In this document: piece by piece, positions 7,771 to 18,465 of the stretch | How positions within the stretch are numbered: position 1 is the first letter of the stretch | How the letters are laid out: the number at the start of each line of letters is the position of its first letter | Source of the DNA: Wolbachia endosymbiont of Onchocerca ochengi | GTDB lineage: Bacteria; Pseudomonadota; Alphaproteobacteria; Rickettsiales; Anaplasmataceae | DNA: 32,000 bases | Direction of reading: 5' to 3' | NCBI RefSeq assembly: GCF_000306885.1 | Contig: NC_018267.1 | Span: 450,001 to 482,000 of the forward strand | Notes under the pieces: model-generated | The model's input: the letters and a program-made list of their open reading frames with translations, nothing else | The model's database searches: none | What the model was told of the DNA's origin: nothing | Translations under genes and position numbers: made by a program

Positions 7771-10506
7771 ATGAATATAGCTGTTAAAGTTGATAACTTA
7801 AATGACTATAATGGGGGTAGTTTAGATAAAAAAGAGTCTGTTGTTACTTTAGGAGAGCAGGATAATTTGAAGAAGAAGGATAATGTTGTTGATTTTAGTA
7901 TCCCGCTGAGTATATTTCATTATAAAGGTTATAACTCTGATTTTTTTACTTCCTGGTATAATGTATCAAGTGAAATATTCAAAGAAATAAGTAGTGCTTG
8001 CCCAGAAAAACGAATATTAAATTTAGCTTTGTCGGTTTTGATGCTTCCTTATGTTGCTTCTGTTGCATTAGTATTGGTCATGTATAACAGATTCAAGGTA
8101 GACGATAAAACACAGATCAGTTTTAGGAAGAATAAAACAAAAAAAAGTGAAATAGGTAAAAGTGTACCAAAGAGATTGGCATATGGTGTTCTTATTATGA
8201 TAGTGATTCTTGTTAATATGGCTGCGCTTATGGCATTAATTATTCCTGCAATGTTCGCTTTAGCGACTTTTTATTTTTTAAATAGAGAATTATCTCATTC
8301 TTTGATTGCTGCTTTTAGAATAAGAATTGGGTTGTATCATAATAAGCACCGAAATATTAGAGTATCTTTTCATGAAACAAATCATGAGATAGAAGTTTTT
8401 AATCCGAACATTGCGTGGAATGTGGAGATTAAGTTCCCACCACAATTTGAACAGTTGCTTAAAGATTTATATGAAGATGAAAATAGTAATCTGTTTGTTA
8501 CACAAGATGCAGAGCATAGTACTATACTGAAGCTGTCAGCCAATGTCCACTTAAAAAATGGTCTTGTGCGTTTGTATAGTGAGATTAGGAATGTGGTTGC
8601 GAAGTCAATTCAAGAATTTGCAAAGAATATTGAAAAACTGGTAAAACTGGAAAAAAAGGATATTACATATGATAAGCTAAGAAAGTTGTTGAATGAGTTC
8701 AGATTGAAGGTGGTGGATAGTGTAGATTTTAAGTTGACAAGTTACTTAATACAGGATGCTTATAAAGTTGCCTTTATACAGGCAATCAAAATCGCACAAA
8801 GGGAAAGAGAAAAAAGAGGAGGGTTAAATATAGAAGAAAGACTGAGAGAAATATTAGTAGAACAGGAATTGAAGAGTCAAGGTAAGGAGTTACCGACTGA
8901 GAAAGAGATGATAATAAAGGATTTAAAAATATCAAATAACTTAAGAAATGGTGCACTTCCTTTGTTTAGAGCAAAGTGGAAACAGCGTGTGGCTGGTGGG
9001 ATAATTGGTGTTTATAGTGAGATATATCCTCAGGAAACAAAAAAAGCTGTCTCTAAGGCTGGAAATTTGATTGCAGGGTTGAAAGAAAAAGGAGAACGAA
9101 AGTATTATGAGATAAAAGAGGAATTAAAGATGATGTACCCAAAGATATATAAAGCCTTGAGAAAGAATAGTAATTCAGTAAGCAATAACCTAAGAAAAAG
9201 ACTTGAGGATATTTTTAAATTTGAACTTACTAATCAATACGTTTATCGAGAATTAATAAAATCGAAAATAAGAAAAGCTGAAGTTATATTAAATCAATCA
9301 GATTTAACGATTGATGTAAAGCAGGGTCTACTTAGTGAATTCTGTGACTTGAATATAAATATGTGTTCTTATCACAAAGTAAACCTTTTGGTAGAGAAAA
9401 TGTATTCAGAAATAGCGAAATGTAAAACTCAAAGTTTATTTCAAGAGCAAGGGAAGAGTATAAGGGACATAGAAGATAATACTGGCGCATTCATGCTATT
9501 TGATGAAAAAGATGAAGAACTTTTAGTGAATAGGATAGTTTCTTATCGAGAAGAGATAGGAAAATATTTAACGCAACCTGTAGAATTGAAGAAAGTGATA
9601 GAAAAGCAGAATAAGAGTTTGGGTAGTGAGAAAAATAGTAAAGAGAAGGAATCTTTAAGTATAGAGTTAGTGGAGTTATGCTTGAAAAATAATCAAGAAA
9701 TTCTAGAAACATTAGAACGATTAGGATTAGAGAAAGAGGGGTTATTGATAAATGAGAAAACAGAAAACGATTACAGGGAAGAACTAACGTCTCGCGAAAA
9801 AATAAGATTTGCAGTAATAGAAGACGATTTGTTTAAGGTATGTAAGCAAGAGGCTTTTAATGAAGAGGAAATCAAGAAGTTATTAGAAAGAGCAGAACTT
9901 GAATGCTGTTTGGCAGAAAAATGTATCAAGTATCCTGTGATTAAAACAAAAGATAATATCAAACATTTTTGTCAGGCTTTATTGTCTCCTTTGATAGGTA
10001 TTTTAATGGAAAGTATAGTAAATAATGTACCAAAAAATATATCGAAAGATTATAAAAATAATTTGTTAGATCAGGGTTGGAGTTGGGTATATAGAAAGGT
10101 GATAAAACCTGCACAGATTGCTTTGAATTATAATAAGCTTGGGTTATCAGCTATCGGAGATAAAAATAGTGTAGAAGGAAAAGCGTTAGATTCGGCACAT
10201 AGTACTTATAAGGAGGTGGAGACATTGCTTCAATATTTTGAATCAAGTTATGAGAAAGTAGGAGCTTTATTAGGTAATGTATTTTCTGATGATGGAGAGA
10301 CCTTTAAAAAAAACATATGGCCTCAAATAAAAGAGCATTTATGTAGTATGTGGAATAGATTTTTTAAGGATATTGAGTTTACACTGATTAATGAAGGTAA
10401 GAACATCTATCGAGAAGCAGAAGAGACGGTAAAAACTAAGTTGAGTGAACTTTGTAACATAGGAGTACAACAACAAGCTCTACCATATAATACACTATCT
10501 TGCTAA
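7771..10506 (+). CDS. hypothetical protein, membrane-anchored, K/E-rich coiled-coil-like, no recognisable domain
   Basis: 911-aa uninterrupted ORF in a window where neighbouring non-essential genes are shattered. GAGG lies 7 nt upstream of ATG 7771. Hydrophobic segments at aa 82-105 and aa 136-170 (35 aa); the remainder is highly charged. Confidence 0.8.
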   Translation: MNIAVKVDNLNDYNGGSLDKKESVVTLGEQDNLKKKDNVVDFSIPLSIFHYKGYNSDFFTSWYNVSSEIFKEISSACPEKRILNLALSVLMLPYVASVALVLVMYNRFKVDDKTQISFRKNKTKKSEIGKSVPKRLAYGVLIMIVILVNMAALMALIIPAMFALATFYFLNRELSHSLIAAFRIRIGLYHNKHRNIRVSFHETNHEIEVFNPNIAWNVEIKFPPQFEQLLKDLYEDENSNLFVTQDAEHSTILKLSANVHLKNGLVRLYSEIRNVVAKSIQEFAKNIEKLVKLEKKDITYDKLRKLLNEFRLKVVDSVDFKLTSYLIQDAYKVAFIQAIKIAQREREKRGGLNIEERLREILVEQELKSQGKELPTEKEMIIKDLKISNNLRNGALPLFRAKWKQRVAGGIIGVYSEIYPQETKKAVSKAGNLIAGLKEKGERKYYEIKEELKMMYPKIYKALRKNSNSVSNNLRKRLEDIFKFELTNQYVYRELIKSKIRKAEVILNQSDLTIDVKQGLLSEFCDLNINMCSYHKVNLLVEKMYSEIAKCKTQSLFQEQGKSIRDIEDNTGAFMLFDEKDEELLVNRIVSYREEIGKYLTQPVELKKVIEKQNKSLGSEKNSKEKESLSIELVELCLKNNQEILETLERLGLEKEGLLINEKTENDYREELTSREKIRFAVIEDDLFKVCKQEAFNEEEIKKLLERAELECCLAEKCIKYPVIKTKDNIKHFCQALLSPLIGILMESIVNNVPKNISKDYKNNLLDQGWSWVYRKVIKPAQIALNYNKLGLSAIGDKNSVEGKALDSAHSTYKEVETLLQYFESSYEKVGALLGNVFSDDGETFKKNIWPQIKEHLCSMWNRFFKDIEFTLINEGKNIYREAEETVKTKLSELCNIGVQQQALPYNTLSC

Positions 10507-13218
10507 GTAGTTAGAAATAGCTATGATAATATCACTACTGCTATTACAGCTTGTTTGAGCAAGTTCAACATTTCCACCACAGTCTCTTCCAGTTATGGTA
10601 GATACTAACTCTTTTGCACTGATTTTATCAGTTAGGTCTTTACTTATTTTTACAATCAGAACTGTTTTATTGGGCTTCTTGTTTAGTGAGAAATTAGCAA
10701 CTTCACTTGGCATTATTTCAGTGTATGTTGCTGGAATGATGGAGGATTGTAAAAGTGTTTTGTTTTTTCCAGTTGCTGTAAAAGCTATTATTGTTTTTGG
10801 TTTTTGTTGTTGCAGGACAAATTCTCTTATTATGTTTACTGGAATGTCAGTAAAAGCATGACTTATAAAATATATCCCATTTATTTTAGTGCTTTTTATG
10901 TTTTCTACTTCTATGAGTTTTTTATAAAGGCTTTTTATTTTAGCTTTGGATTCTTTATATTCTTGATTTAGAATATTTAGTCGGTTTATTATTTCACTTG
11001 TTGGCGCTTTTATGGATTTTGCAACTTTTTTTAAGTTAATTTCATTATTACGTACATAATTAATTGCCTCTTGGCCAGTTAAAGCTTCAATTCTTCTTAT
11101 TCCAGATGCAATAGAACATTCTGTTACTATTTTAAACAAACCAATTTCTCCAGTGCGTTTCACGTGCGTTCCACCACATAATTCTTTCGAATCTCCAATG
11201 TTTACAACTCTAACCTGATTATCATATTTTTTGCCAAACAACGCAATAGCTCCTTCGTTCATTGCCTGATTTATGTTCTGAATTTTTGTAAATGTGGAGA
11301 GGTCTTCTCTTATTAAGGAGTTTATCATATCTTCTATTGAAAATAGCTGATTTTGAGTGATTTGAGTGTTATGACTAAAGTCGAATCTTAATCTATCTGA
11401 TGCAGCTAAGGAGCCTTTTTGGGTAATTTGATCACCTAAGGTTTTTCTCAGTGCAAAGTGCAGAAGATGTGTGGCTGAGTGGTTTCTTCTCAAGCTTTGC
11501 CTTCTTCCTTTATCAATAGTTGCTGTAACTATGTCACCTTTACAAATTGAGCCAGATTTAACTATGCACCTGTGGAAATATAAGTCTTTAATTTTGTTGG
11601 TATTTTCTACTGTAACTATACCTTGAGTAATATAATTTGTAGTGCATGATTGGTTGTTTTTTTTTTGAATCTCAGTGTTTGACACTGGAATGGTAATAAG
11701 TAACTCTCCAATATCCCCTGCTTGTCCACCTGACTCACCATAAAAAGGTGTTTTATCAAGTATGATAGTTACCTTTTCTCCTTTTTGTGCAGAATCAATA
11801 ACTTTGTTTTCAGGGGAGATTATGGCTAGTACTTTTGCATCCTTTGCTTCATTAGAAGTATAACCAATGAATTCTGTTTTGTCAAATTTATTAATCAAAT
11901 CAACCCATGTTTGCTTAACTGACTTTTCACTGGATTCTATCCATTTAACACGTGCCCTTTTTTTCTGTTCTTCCATTGCGTTATTAAAACCTTTTTGGTC
12001 GAAATTTATTTTTCTCTCTTTTAGAAGATCGAGTGTGATATCTAAAGGGAATCCATAAGTGTCATATAACTTAAACGCTGATTTTCCTGATAGAGTATCG
12101 CCTGGTTTTAAATCTGCAGTAAATTTTTCCAAAAGATTAATACCTTTTACTAAAGTATCTTTAAAGTTCTCTTCTTCTGATTTTAACGTCATTTCTATTA
12201 AGCTTTTAGCTCTGATTAACTCAGGGTAAACATCTCCCATATAAGCTGAGCTTGAACTATCTATTAACACCGGAAAAATGTGATGAAGAAGGGGGTTGTT
12301 ATATCCAAGCTGGTGGATATAACGTGCAGCTCTCCTGATTAATCTGCGTAACACATAGTTTCTACCTTCACTTCCAGGAAGTATTCCTTCTGCAATTAGA
12401 AATGCAGCTGAACGAAGATGGTCTGCGATAATCTTATGAGCTACTTTATTTTTTATATTTCCACAATATTCTTGTGATTTACTTATTATAGCAGAAAATA
12501 GATCAATATCATAATTATCGTGAACGTTTTGCATCACAGCAGCTATTCTCTCAAGACCCATTCCAGTATCGATGCATTTTTTTTGCAATTTTTGTAAATT
12601 GCCTTCTTCATCCTTGTTAAATTCCATGAATACCAAATTCCAGATTTCAACAATTCTATCATCGTCTTGTAAGCTGGACTCTGCATGATCGTAAAAAATT
12701 TCAGAACATGGCCCACATGGGCCAGTATTGCCCATGCTCCAGAAATTATCGTCTGTTGTAATTCTTATGATTTTGTCATTCGAAAAACCGCTTATTTTAT
12801 GCCAAATCTCATATGATTCATCATCAGTATGATAAATAGTTATGGATAATCTGCTTTTATCAAGAGATAGTTCTTCAGTAATAAATTTCCATGCGAGTTC
12901 TATTGCTGTTTCTTTGAAGTAATCACCAAAGCTGAAGTTCCCAAGCATTTCAAAGAATGTGTGATGTCTAGTTGTATAACCAACGTTTTCTAGATCATTA
13001 TGTTTACCGCCAGCCCTTAGGCACTTTTGACTCGAAACAGCACGTTCTAATTCATTTTTTTGTAAATCAGTGAAGCAGTTTTTAAACTGTACCATACCAG
13101 CATTTGTGAACATGAGTGTTGGGTCATGCTCTAGAATTAAAGGAGAGGAAGGAATCTGCTTGTGATTATTATTTACAAAAAATTTTATAAACCTTTCCCT
13201 AATTTCGTTTAGCTTCAT
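10495..13218 (-). CDS. alaS: alanyl-tRNA synthetase
   Basis: 907 aa. [17 protein letters not shown], editing-domain HSATHLLH, and a C-terminal DHHA1-like end ([16 protein letters not shown]...GGN.ELAQ). Confidence 0.95.
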   Translation of the reverse strand: MKLNEIRERFIKFFVNNNHKQIPSSPLILEHDPTLMFTNAGMVQFKNCFTDLQKNELERAVSSQKCLRAGGKHNDLENVGYTTRHHTFFEMLGNFSFGDYFKETAIELAWKFITEELSLDKSRLSITIYHTDDESYEIWHKISGFSNDKIIRITTDDNFWSMGNTGPCGPCSEIFYDHAESSLQDDDRIVEIWNLVFMEFNKDEEGNLQKLQKKCIDTGMGLERIAAVMQNVHDNYDIDLFSAIISKSQEYCGNIKNKVAHKIIADHLRSAAFLIAEGILPGSEGRNYVLRRLIRRAARYIHQLGYNNPLLHHIFPVLIDSSSSAYMGDVYPELIRAKSLIEMTLKSEEENFKDTLVKGINLLEKFTADLKPGDTLSGKSAFKLYDTYGFPLDITLDLLKERKINFDQKGFNNAMEEQKKRARVKWIESSEKSVKQTWVDLINKFDKTEFIGYTSNEAKDAKVLAIISPENKVIDSAQKGEKVTIILDKTPFYGESGGQAGDIGELLITIPVSNTEIQKKNNQSCTTNYITQGIVTVENTNKIKDLYFHRCIVKSGSICKGDIVTATIDKGRRQSLRRNHSATHLLHFALRKTLGDQITQKGSLAASDRLRFDFSHNTQITQNQLFSIEDMINSLIREDLSTFTKIQNINQAMNEGAIALFGKKYDNQVRVVNIGDSKELCGGTHVKRTGEIGLFKIVTECSIASGIRRIEALTGQEAINYVRNNEINLKKVAKSIKAPTSEIINRLNILNQEYKESKAKIKSLYKKLIEVENIKSTKINGIYFISHAFTDIPVNIIREFVLQQQKPKTIIAFTATGKNKTLLQSSIIPATYTEIMPSEVANFSLNKKPNKTVLIVKISKDLTDKISAKELVSTITGRDCGGNVELAQTSCNSSSDIIIAISNYLAR
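10663..10755. repeat. 31-codon in-frame insertion with hairpin core in the AlaRS C-terminal (DHHA1) region
   Basis: Encodes [31 protein letters not shown], absent from E. coli AlaRS as I recall it (..LATVEGDKVSLIAGVSKDVT..). Flanked by a near-identical 9-nt direct repeat: tgttttatt at 10663-10671 and tgttttgtt at 10756-10764. Hairpin: cattatttcag (10711-10721) pairs with ctggaatgatg (10731-10741), 11 bp with two G:T. Confidence 0.4.
11620..11700. repeat. possible short in-frame insertion with palindromic core in AlaRS
   Basis: cagtgt (11673-11678) pairs with acactg (11682-11687). The string gacactggaatg (11681-11692) is identical to the ileS element string at 5288-5299. It encodes ..[24 protein letters not shown].., about 20 aa longer than the equivalent E. 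coli segment as I recall it. Confidence 0.3.
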
Positions 13219-13632
13219 CGTTTTATTGAAGTTATTTATGAATAATAAGTTGTAATGAGGATAAAAATCAATGTATCGATCTATATTTAATATATATTAT
13301 TTAGTGTAACAGAAATTATCTTTAGATAAAGATTTTAGTAAAAAGGTTGTACTTTCAGGTGGTTTATCTCTAGTATAAAAAGATGTTTGTTAATTTGAGT
13401 AATATTTTCATAAATTAATTTGGAGAGTATAAAATATCTATGAAATTATTACCAGGCAATGTAAGATAGATATGGACTAATGAAAGGTTAAATTGATTTA
13501 ATCATTTAATTGTAAGCGATGAAGTAAAAATTAATTGTTCTTTTATGTTTAGTATTTATGTAATTTTTCAAATTGAAGTAAGCGGGTAAGGATCATAAAA
13601 AATTTTATGATATTTAGTAATCTCAATAATCG

Positions 13633-16400
13633 ATGATTAGTAAATTTTACAATAAATTGCCTAGCACTAATACTGGTTAAGTTAAGTAGTAAAGCATAGC
13701 CTATATCCTTAGTAGGAACAAAGAACGTTAAGCATGGTACTTATAGTAGTAAAGATTTAATACAATAAAAGAAGAGATAAGTGCTACTGAAAATATGCAA
13801 GGTAGCCAATGACCAATTGTGGAAAGTGTTAGAATTGATAATACAACAGCAAAGTCATCTTATTTTAATAAATTAGAAGAGTCCACTATTGAAGGAGTCA
13901 AGTATATGGTACAGGCTATTAGGGGAGTTAATGTTACTAATATTATAATAACAAAATTTTCTAATTTAAATCAACGGAAAGAGTCTATTGCTAGAAAGAT
14001 TAACTGTGGAAATGTGTGAAAATAGAGTGAATATATCATATAGAATTAGCTTCTTTAAAACAGTAAGAGGTTTTACTTTGCATTGAATGAAATGAGCGAG
14101 GAAATTAGAGGTATAATGAAAGGAAAAAAGGTTTAATACTAATAAGAATTGCGGTTGAAAATGTAATAGATATTGTTTTTCATTTTAATAACTTTACATC
14201 AGGAATTATGCTAGTATCTAGATAATATGGATAAAATGTTACCTAAATTGCAGATTAACCGGTAGTTGCTGGAGTAATGGTAATAAAATTATTAAACACT
14301 AAGTGCTTATATTGAATGCCAGAGGTACTGGGAGTATTAGTAGCTACTATTATAGGTTTTTTAGAATATTAACTTGATATAGAAGTGGATAGGAGAAAAG
14401 ATGGTTACAATGATAAAAAAGCATTGTGAGAGGAAAGAGATAAGGTGTTGACTGAAGAGTATAATTCTTTGCTTAATTGAAATGAGCATCGAGCTAGAAA
14501 CACATAGGTCTTTTTGGCTTGATATTTAATCGATATATAAAAGCTACTATACTTATACTCTGTTTACAAATTTTGTGAAGATATTAAATTAAAAAGATAA
14601 AGGATACAGTGATAGTTTAAGCAAGTTGAAGTGCATATGAAATCTATAGTATGTACTTCAGGAGGATTTTGTTTACAAAGTAATCAATTTTATTCTATAA
14701 AATTACTATAGAATCTAAGCATTACCTTGAAACTTGGACGCTTTTAAACGAGAATAGGTTATAAGAGCACATTCTCTTGTTATTTTGATTTAATTAACTC
14801 ACATTATTCATCATTTTTGATTAACTAATATAATTTGTTGCTAACTTTATGGAGAGGTTTTGTAATCTGATGAAAGTAATTGAAAAGGAAGTAATTCCTT
14901 AGTGTTTCTTTGCTGTATCTAGGGGATAATATTAAGTGTTAAGTTTTCTTTTAAATATCAATTTTTAAAAGTATTTTTATGTTTTTTAATATTTTAAGCA
15001 ATCTGTAACGTCTGATATCATGTATCTTGATGGTTGAAGCCTTCTCTCTTGTATTCGCTAATCATGTTTTTTACTTTGAGTTGCGATCAAGTTCCTTTAT
15101 TTCGACTTTCTTCGTATTATTCAGCATTTTTTTTATTCATATTGAAATCTGATATAATCTAGTGTCAGGCACGTTTACAACAACTATGTGCTTAACATCA
15201 TGTTCATTTAGAACTTTAAGAGTAATATATTTCACCTCTTATTCTGTGTTTTCTTCTCTTTGGTATTGTATGAAAAATAAATATTTTTTTTGCTCTATTT
15301 TTCTAAATAATATCTCATTCATGTATCTAATTGCTTAGCTAAGCGAAATTTGTAAAAAAATAAGAATATTAGTTAAATTATATAATTTTTACAATTTCTG
15401 ACATAAAACTTCTTTTTATGACTAAACCATCTATAAACTCAGCTTTGAGGTAAAGTTATTGCTGTAGAGTGAAACTACTTAATATGGTTATTAATATCTC
15501 TGTTTTATATAGATCGATATGTATTGCGTGTAATTTAAAACGTTGTAGTTCCTGAATTGTTAATAAGGTTTAATATAGGAGTAATAGATATAGAACAATT
15601 TTATGAGGTTATATTATATAGGGTATTGTTTTAGCATCTACTCCTATAAATATTCTTCTAGATAGGTTTACTTACAAGGTTTATTGGACCAGTTTGTATT
15701 AACATCTAGTTGAAACATTGAAAGACTTTGTAAATGTATGATCCGCAACATTCTTGTATGAAATGTATGCTACAGACAGCTATATTATATATAGCATTTA
15801 AAAATGTGTATTGATAGGTTTTGGCTTTTAGCATTTATTGTTTCTTTATATTTTGGCAGAGAACTTAATTAAGTACTGTAAGATAATAATTTTTATGCTA
15901 TGATCATGGTATTTGTGTCTGTTTTGGATAGTTTCATCAATAGAATTGGTGAATGGTGTGATATTTATGCAGGTATCGTAATAATTTGGTTGATTCCCTA
16001 GATTGTGTTGCTTTTAGTATTATCAGAAATAGAAAAGAATCATAATATTTTCAGTTTGAGAAAAATGATTGAGGGTTGTAAAAGGTTATTATCAAGTGTA
16101 AAACTTACTGTGCCATTTTTATACTGAGTCTCTTTTCTGTTGCTTATATATCGTTTATCACTTATGGAATTTTTTTGGTTTATTTAGCACTATTTTGTGC
16201 CCTACATTAAGATACAAATAGTTTTAGGGGTGTTTCTTAAGTGTTGGTCTAATTGCAGGCAATGTTTTTCAAAAACTTGGAGCGAGATGGTGTAAGATTT
16301 TTATGGTATAAGCGGGATTACTATTGGATCTCTCTATTACTTTTTAACATTTAGTATAATTATATTCAATACTTATATTTAGTAGTATTACCTATGGTTG
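13633..16400 (+). pseudogene. heavily eroded RND-family (AcrB/AcrD/AcrF-type) efflux transporter gene
   Basis: No frame stays open, but there are collinear RND-like fragments. ATG 13633 MISKFYNKLP (compare M..FFI.RP). 13819-14019 ..LEESTIEGVKYMVQAIRGVNVTNIIITKF. 14151-14174 AVENVIDI. 14259-14294 PVVAGVMVIKLL. 14316-14363 MPEVLGVLVATIIGFL. 15906-15956 ..VSVLDSFINRIGEW (compare ..ILLVDF.N....G). 16308-16379 ISGITIGSLYYFLTFSIIIFNTYI (compare VIGGLI.ST.LTL.VIP..Y). Total span is close to the ~3 kb expected for an RND pump. Confidence 0.55.
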
Positions 16401-16674
16401 TTGTTCTGTGTATTGGTTATAAAGTTTATCAAATAGTGCCTTTGACATATTATTGGATCATTTCTATGAAATTAGAGGTATAAACTTCCTTCACAGTTTC
16501 ATTTATCAAATTTTTTGTCATGACTATTTTTATCAACTCAACAAGCTGTATTTATAATGGTAAGTAATCAGTGTAGCTGTCTATGTTTTTCTCAAGTAGT
16601 GCTGGAACTCATTTTTACTGCTTGTTTGTTGCCTTTAAAGGATAAGGTGTGATTAATTATAGATGTATAGGTAA

Positions 16675-17754
16675 TTAATTTTCTCCTGCTAACCTTTCTG
16701 CTTCGTTACGTGAAATTAATGCTTCAATAAATTCATCTAGCTCGCCTTCTTTTATAATCTGCTCTAGCCGATGTGAAGTCAGATTAATTCTATGGTCTGT
16801 TATTCTTGATTGTGGAAAATTGTAAGTTCTTATACGTTCAGAACGATCTCCAGAACCAATTTGACTTTTTCTCATTGTTGATCTTTCTATCTTTTTTTTT
16901 TGCCTTTCAATTTCGTATAGCCTTGCTCTCAATACTTTAAACGCCTTTGCCTTATTTTTGTGCTGCGATTTTTCGTCTTGTTGTATTACAACTATTCCTG
17001 TTGGTAAATGAGTAACTCTTACTGCACTGTCAGTTGTGTTGACTGATTGTCCACCGGGGCCGCTAGACCTGTAAACGTCTATTCGTAAATCTTTCTCTTC
17101 TATTTTAAAATCGACTTCCTCAACTTCTGGTAATATTGCAACAGTAGCTGCTGAAGTGTGTAGCCTTCCTGAGGATTCAGTTTCTGGTACTCGCTGTACT
17201 CTGTGTACTCCTGATTCAAATTTCAGCCTTGCGAAGACTTCTGTTCCATTAACAAGTGCAGAAGCTTCCTTGTAGCCACCTATGCCTGTACTAGAAATGT
17301 TTATTGGTTCAAATTTCCAGTTTCTTTTTTCTGCATACTTTTGGTACATGCGGAATAACATCGCTGCAAATAACGCTGCTTCTTCTCCTCCTGTGCCTGC
17401 TCTAATTTCTAGTATTGCATTTCTTGAATCATCTTCATCTGTCGGTAGTAGTGCTAATTTTAGCTTAGCTTTTACTTTTGGTAATAATACTTTTTGTTTC
17501 TCGAGAAATTCTTCTTTTGCTAACTCTTTTATGTCATATTCACTGTTTTCATCTTTTAATATTTCCTTTAAATCTGAAATTTCTTTTTTCAGCGTGTTGT
17601 ATTCATCAATTATTTTGATAATTGGTCTGAGTTCAGAATATTCTTTTGAGAAATTGATAAATTCTTTTTGACTTAAGTTGATAGGATTTCCTAATTTTCT
17701 TTCTATGTCATTAAACTTTTTCTTTAAATCTTGTAAATTGTTTTCTATGTCCAT
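16675..17754 (-). CDS. prfA: peptide chain release factor 1
   Basis: GGQ motif SGPGGQSVN and RF1-type region [17 protein letters not shown]. Start placed at ATG 17754 ([10 protein letters not shown], 359 aa, normal RF1 length). The ORF track allows an upstream ATG at 17796 (+14 aa). Confidence 0.9.
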   Translation of the reverse strand: MDIENNLQDLKKKFNDIERKLGNPINLSQKEFINFSKEYSELRPIIKIIDEYNTLKKEISDLKEILKDENSEYDIKELAKEEFLEKQKVLLPKVKAKLKLALLPTDEDDSRNAILEIRAGTGGEEAALFAAMLFRMYQKYAEKRNWKFEPINISSTGIGGYKEASALVNGTEVFARLKFESGVHRVQRVPETESSGRLHTSAATVAILPEVEEVDFKIEEKDLRIDVYRSSGPGGQSVNTTDSAVRVTHLPTGIVVIQQDEKSQHKNKAKAFKVLRARLYEIERQKKKIERSTMRKSQIGSGDRSERIRTYNFPQSRITDHRINLTSHRLEQIIKEGELDEFIEALISRNEAERLAGEN

Positions 17755-17883
17755 ATAGCTTAAGTCTAATATTTTAACTACCTTAGTAAATAACATATAC
17801 TTGAAATAAAAAATTTTTTACATCAAGCAATAACATTATAATATACATACTACCTTAGATATTTCTATAATAGTGCAAGAAAG

Positions 17884-18465
17884 ATGACATCAAATAGCAA
17901 TTTTATATTTGGAGCTTCAGACATAAAATCCCTGCCAGGTGAGTCAGTTCCGGAGATTGCGTTTGCCGGTAGATCAAATGTAGGGAAATCGAGCTTAATT
18001 AACCTGCTTATAAACAGTAAAAAAGCTGCCAGAGTTTCTTCTAAACCTGGGTGTACTAGGCAAGTAAATTTTTATTCTATGTATAATGATAAGTTTAGAC
18101 TTGTTGATTTGCCAGGGTATGGCTATTCTTGTGCAAGCAAAGAAGAAACAATACAGTATCTGAACCTAAGTGAGTATTATTTAGCTCAAAGAAGAAGCCT
18201 AAAAAGAGTGTTTGTGTTGGTAGATAGTAAAGTAGGACTAAAAGAAATAGACAAAGACTTTATTTATTGGTTAATATACAACAATATTAACTTTGATATT
18301 GTGCTAACAAAAGTAGACAAAGTAAGTCAAAAAAATCTCGATGCAATTTTAGAAAGCACTCAAAAATGGGTTAATAATGAGAATGTATCAATTCATCAAA
18401 TGAGCACCCGTGTTAAATGTAAAATAACCAAGGTAAGAGATGAATTTTTCAAGTTTACAAAATGA
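17884..18465 (+). CDS. engB: ribosome biogenesis GTP-binding protein EngB/YsxC/YihA
   Basis: G1 GRSNVGKSSLIN, G3 DLPGYGY, G4 TKVDK; 193 aa. Confidence 0.9.
   Translation: MTSNSNFIFGASDIKSLPGESVPEIAFAGRSNVGKSSLINLLINSKKAARVSSKPGCTRQVNFYSMYNDKFRLVDLPGYGYSCASKEETIQYLNLSEYYLAQRRSLKRVFVLVDSKVGLKEIDKDFIYWLIYNNINFDIVLTKVDKVSQKNLDAILESTQKWVNNENVSIHQMSTRVKCKITKVRDEFFKFTK

Noticed and set aside
12555-12570. cattccagt match to the palindromic-element core inside alaS; a similar attccaactggaat lies in dut at 19604-19617, and a small hairpin in alaS at 10846-10865
   Set aside because: These fall in universally conserved peptide motifs (DTGMGLERI of AlaRS, LIPTGI of dUTPase) or in regions with no length difference from homologues. 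The matches are explained by codon choice, not by an inserted element.
13819-14019. 66-aa ORF as an independent small gene
   Set aside because: It starts at a non-ATG codon and has no SD. Its sequence fits the periplasmic porter-domain part of the decayed RND transporter, so I treat it as a surviving pseudogene fragment.
14101-14116. 16-nt exact repeat gaaattagaggtataa, also at 16468-16483
   Set aside because: A single A/T-rich 16-mer shared by two places inside the same decayed gene could be chance. The flanks do not extend the similarity.
14073-14500. Similar strings ttgcattgaatgaaatgagcgag (about 14078) and ttgcttaattgaaatgagcatcgag (about 14469), suggesting a dispersed repeat
   Set aside because: The similarity is imperfect and short, both copies lie within the RND pseudogene, and no further copies occur in the window. 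I did not consider this enough to call a repeat family.
17282-17671. 129-aa ORF antisense to prfA
   Set aside because: It is embedded in the conserved RF1 CDS on the other strand, with an S/F-rich low-complexity product and no independent signals.
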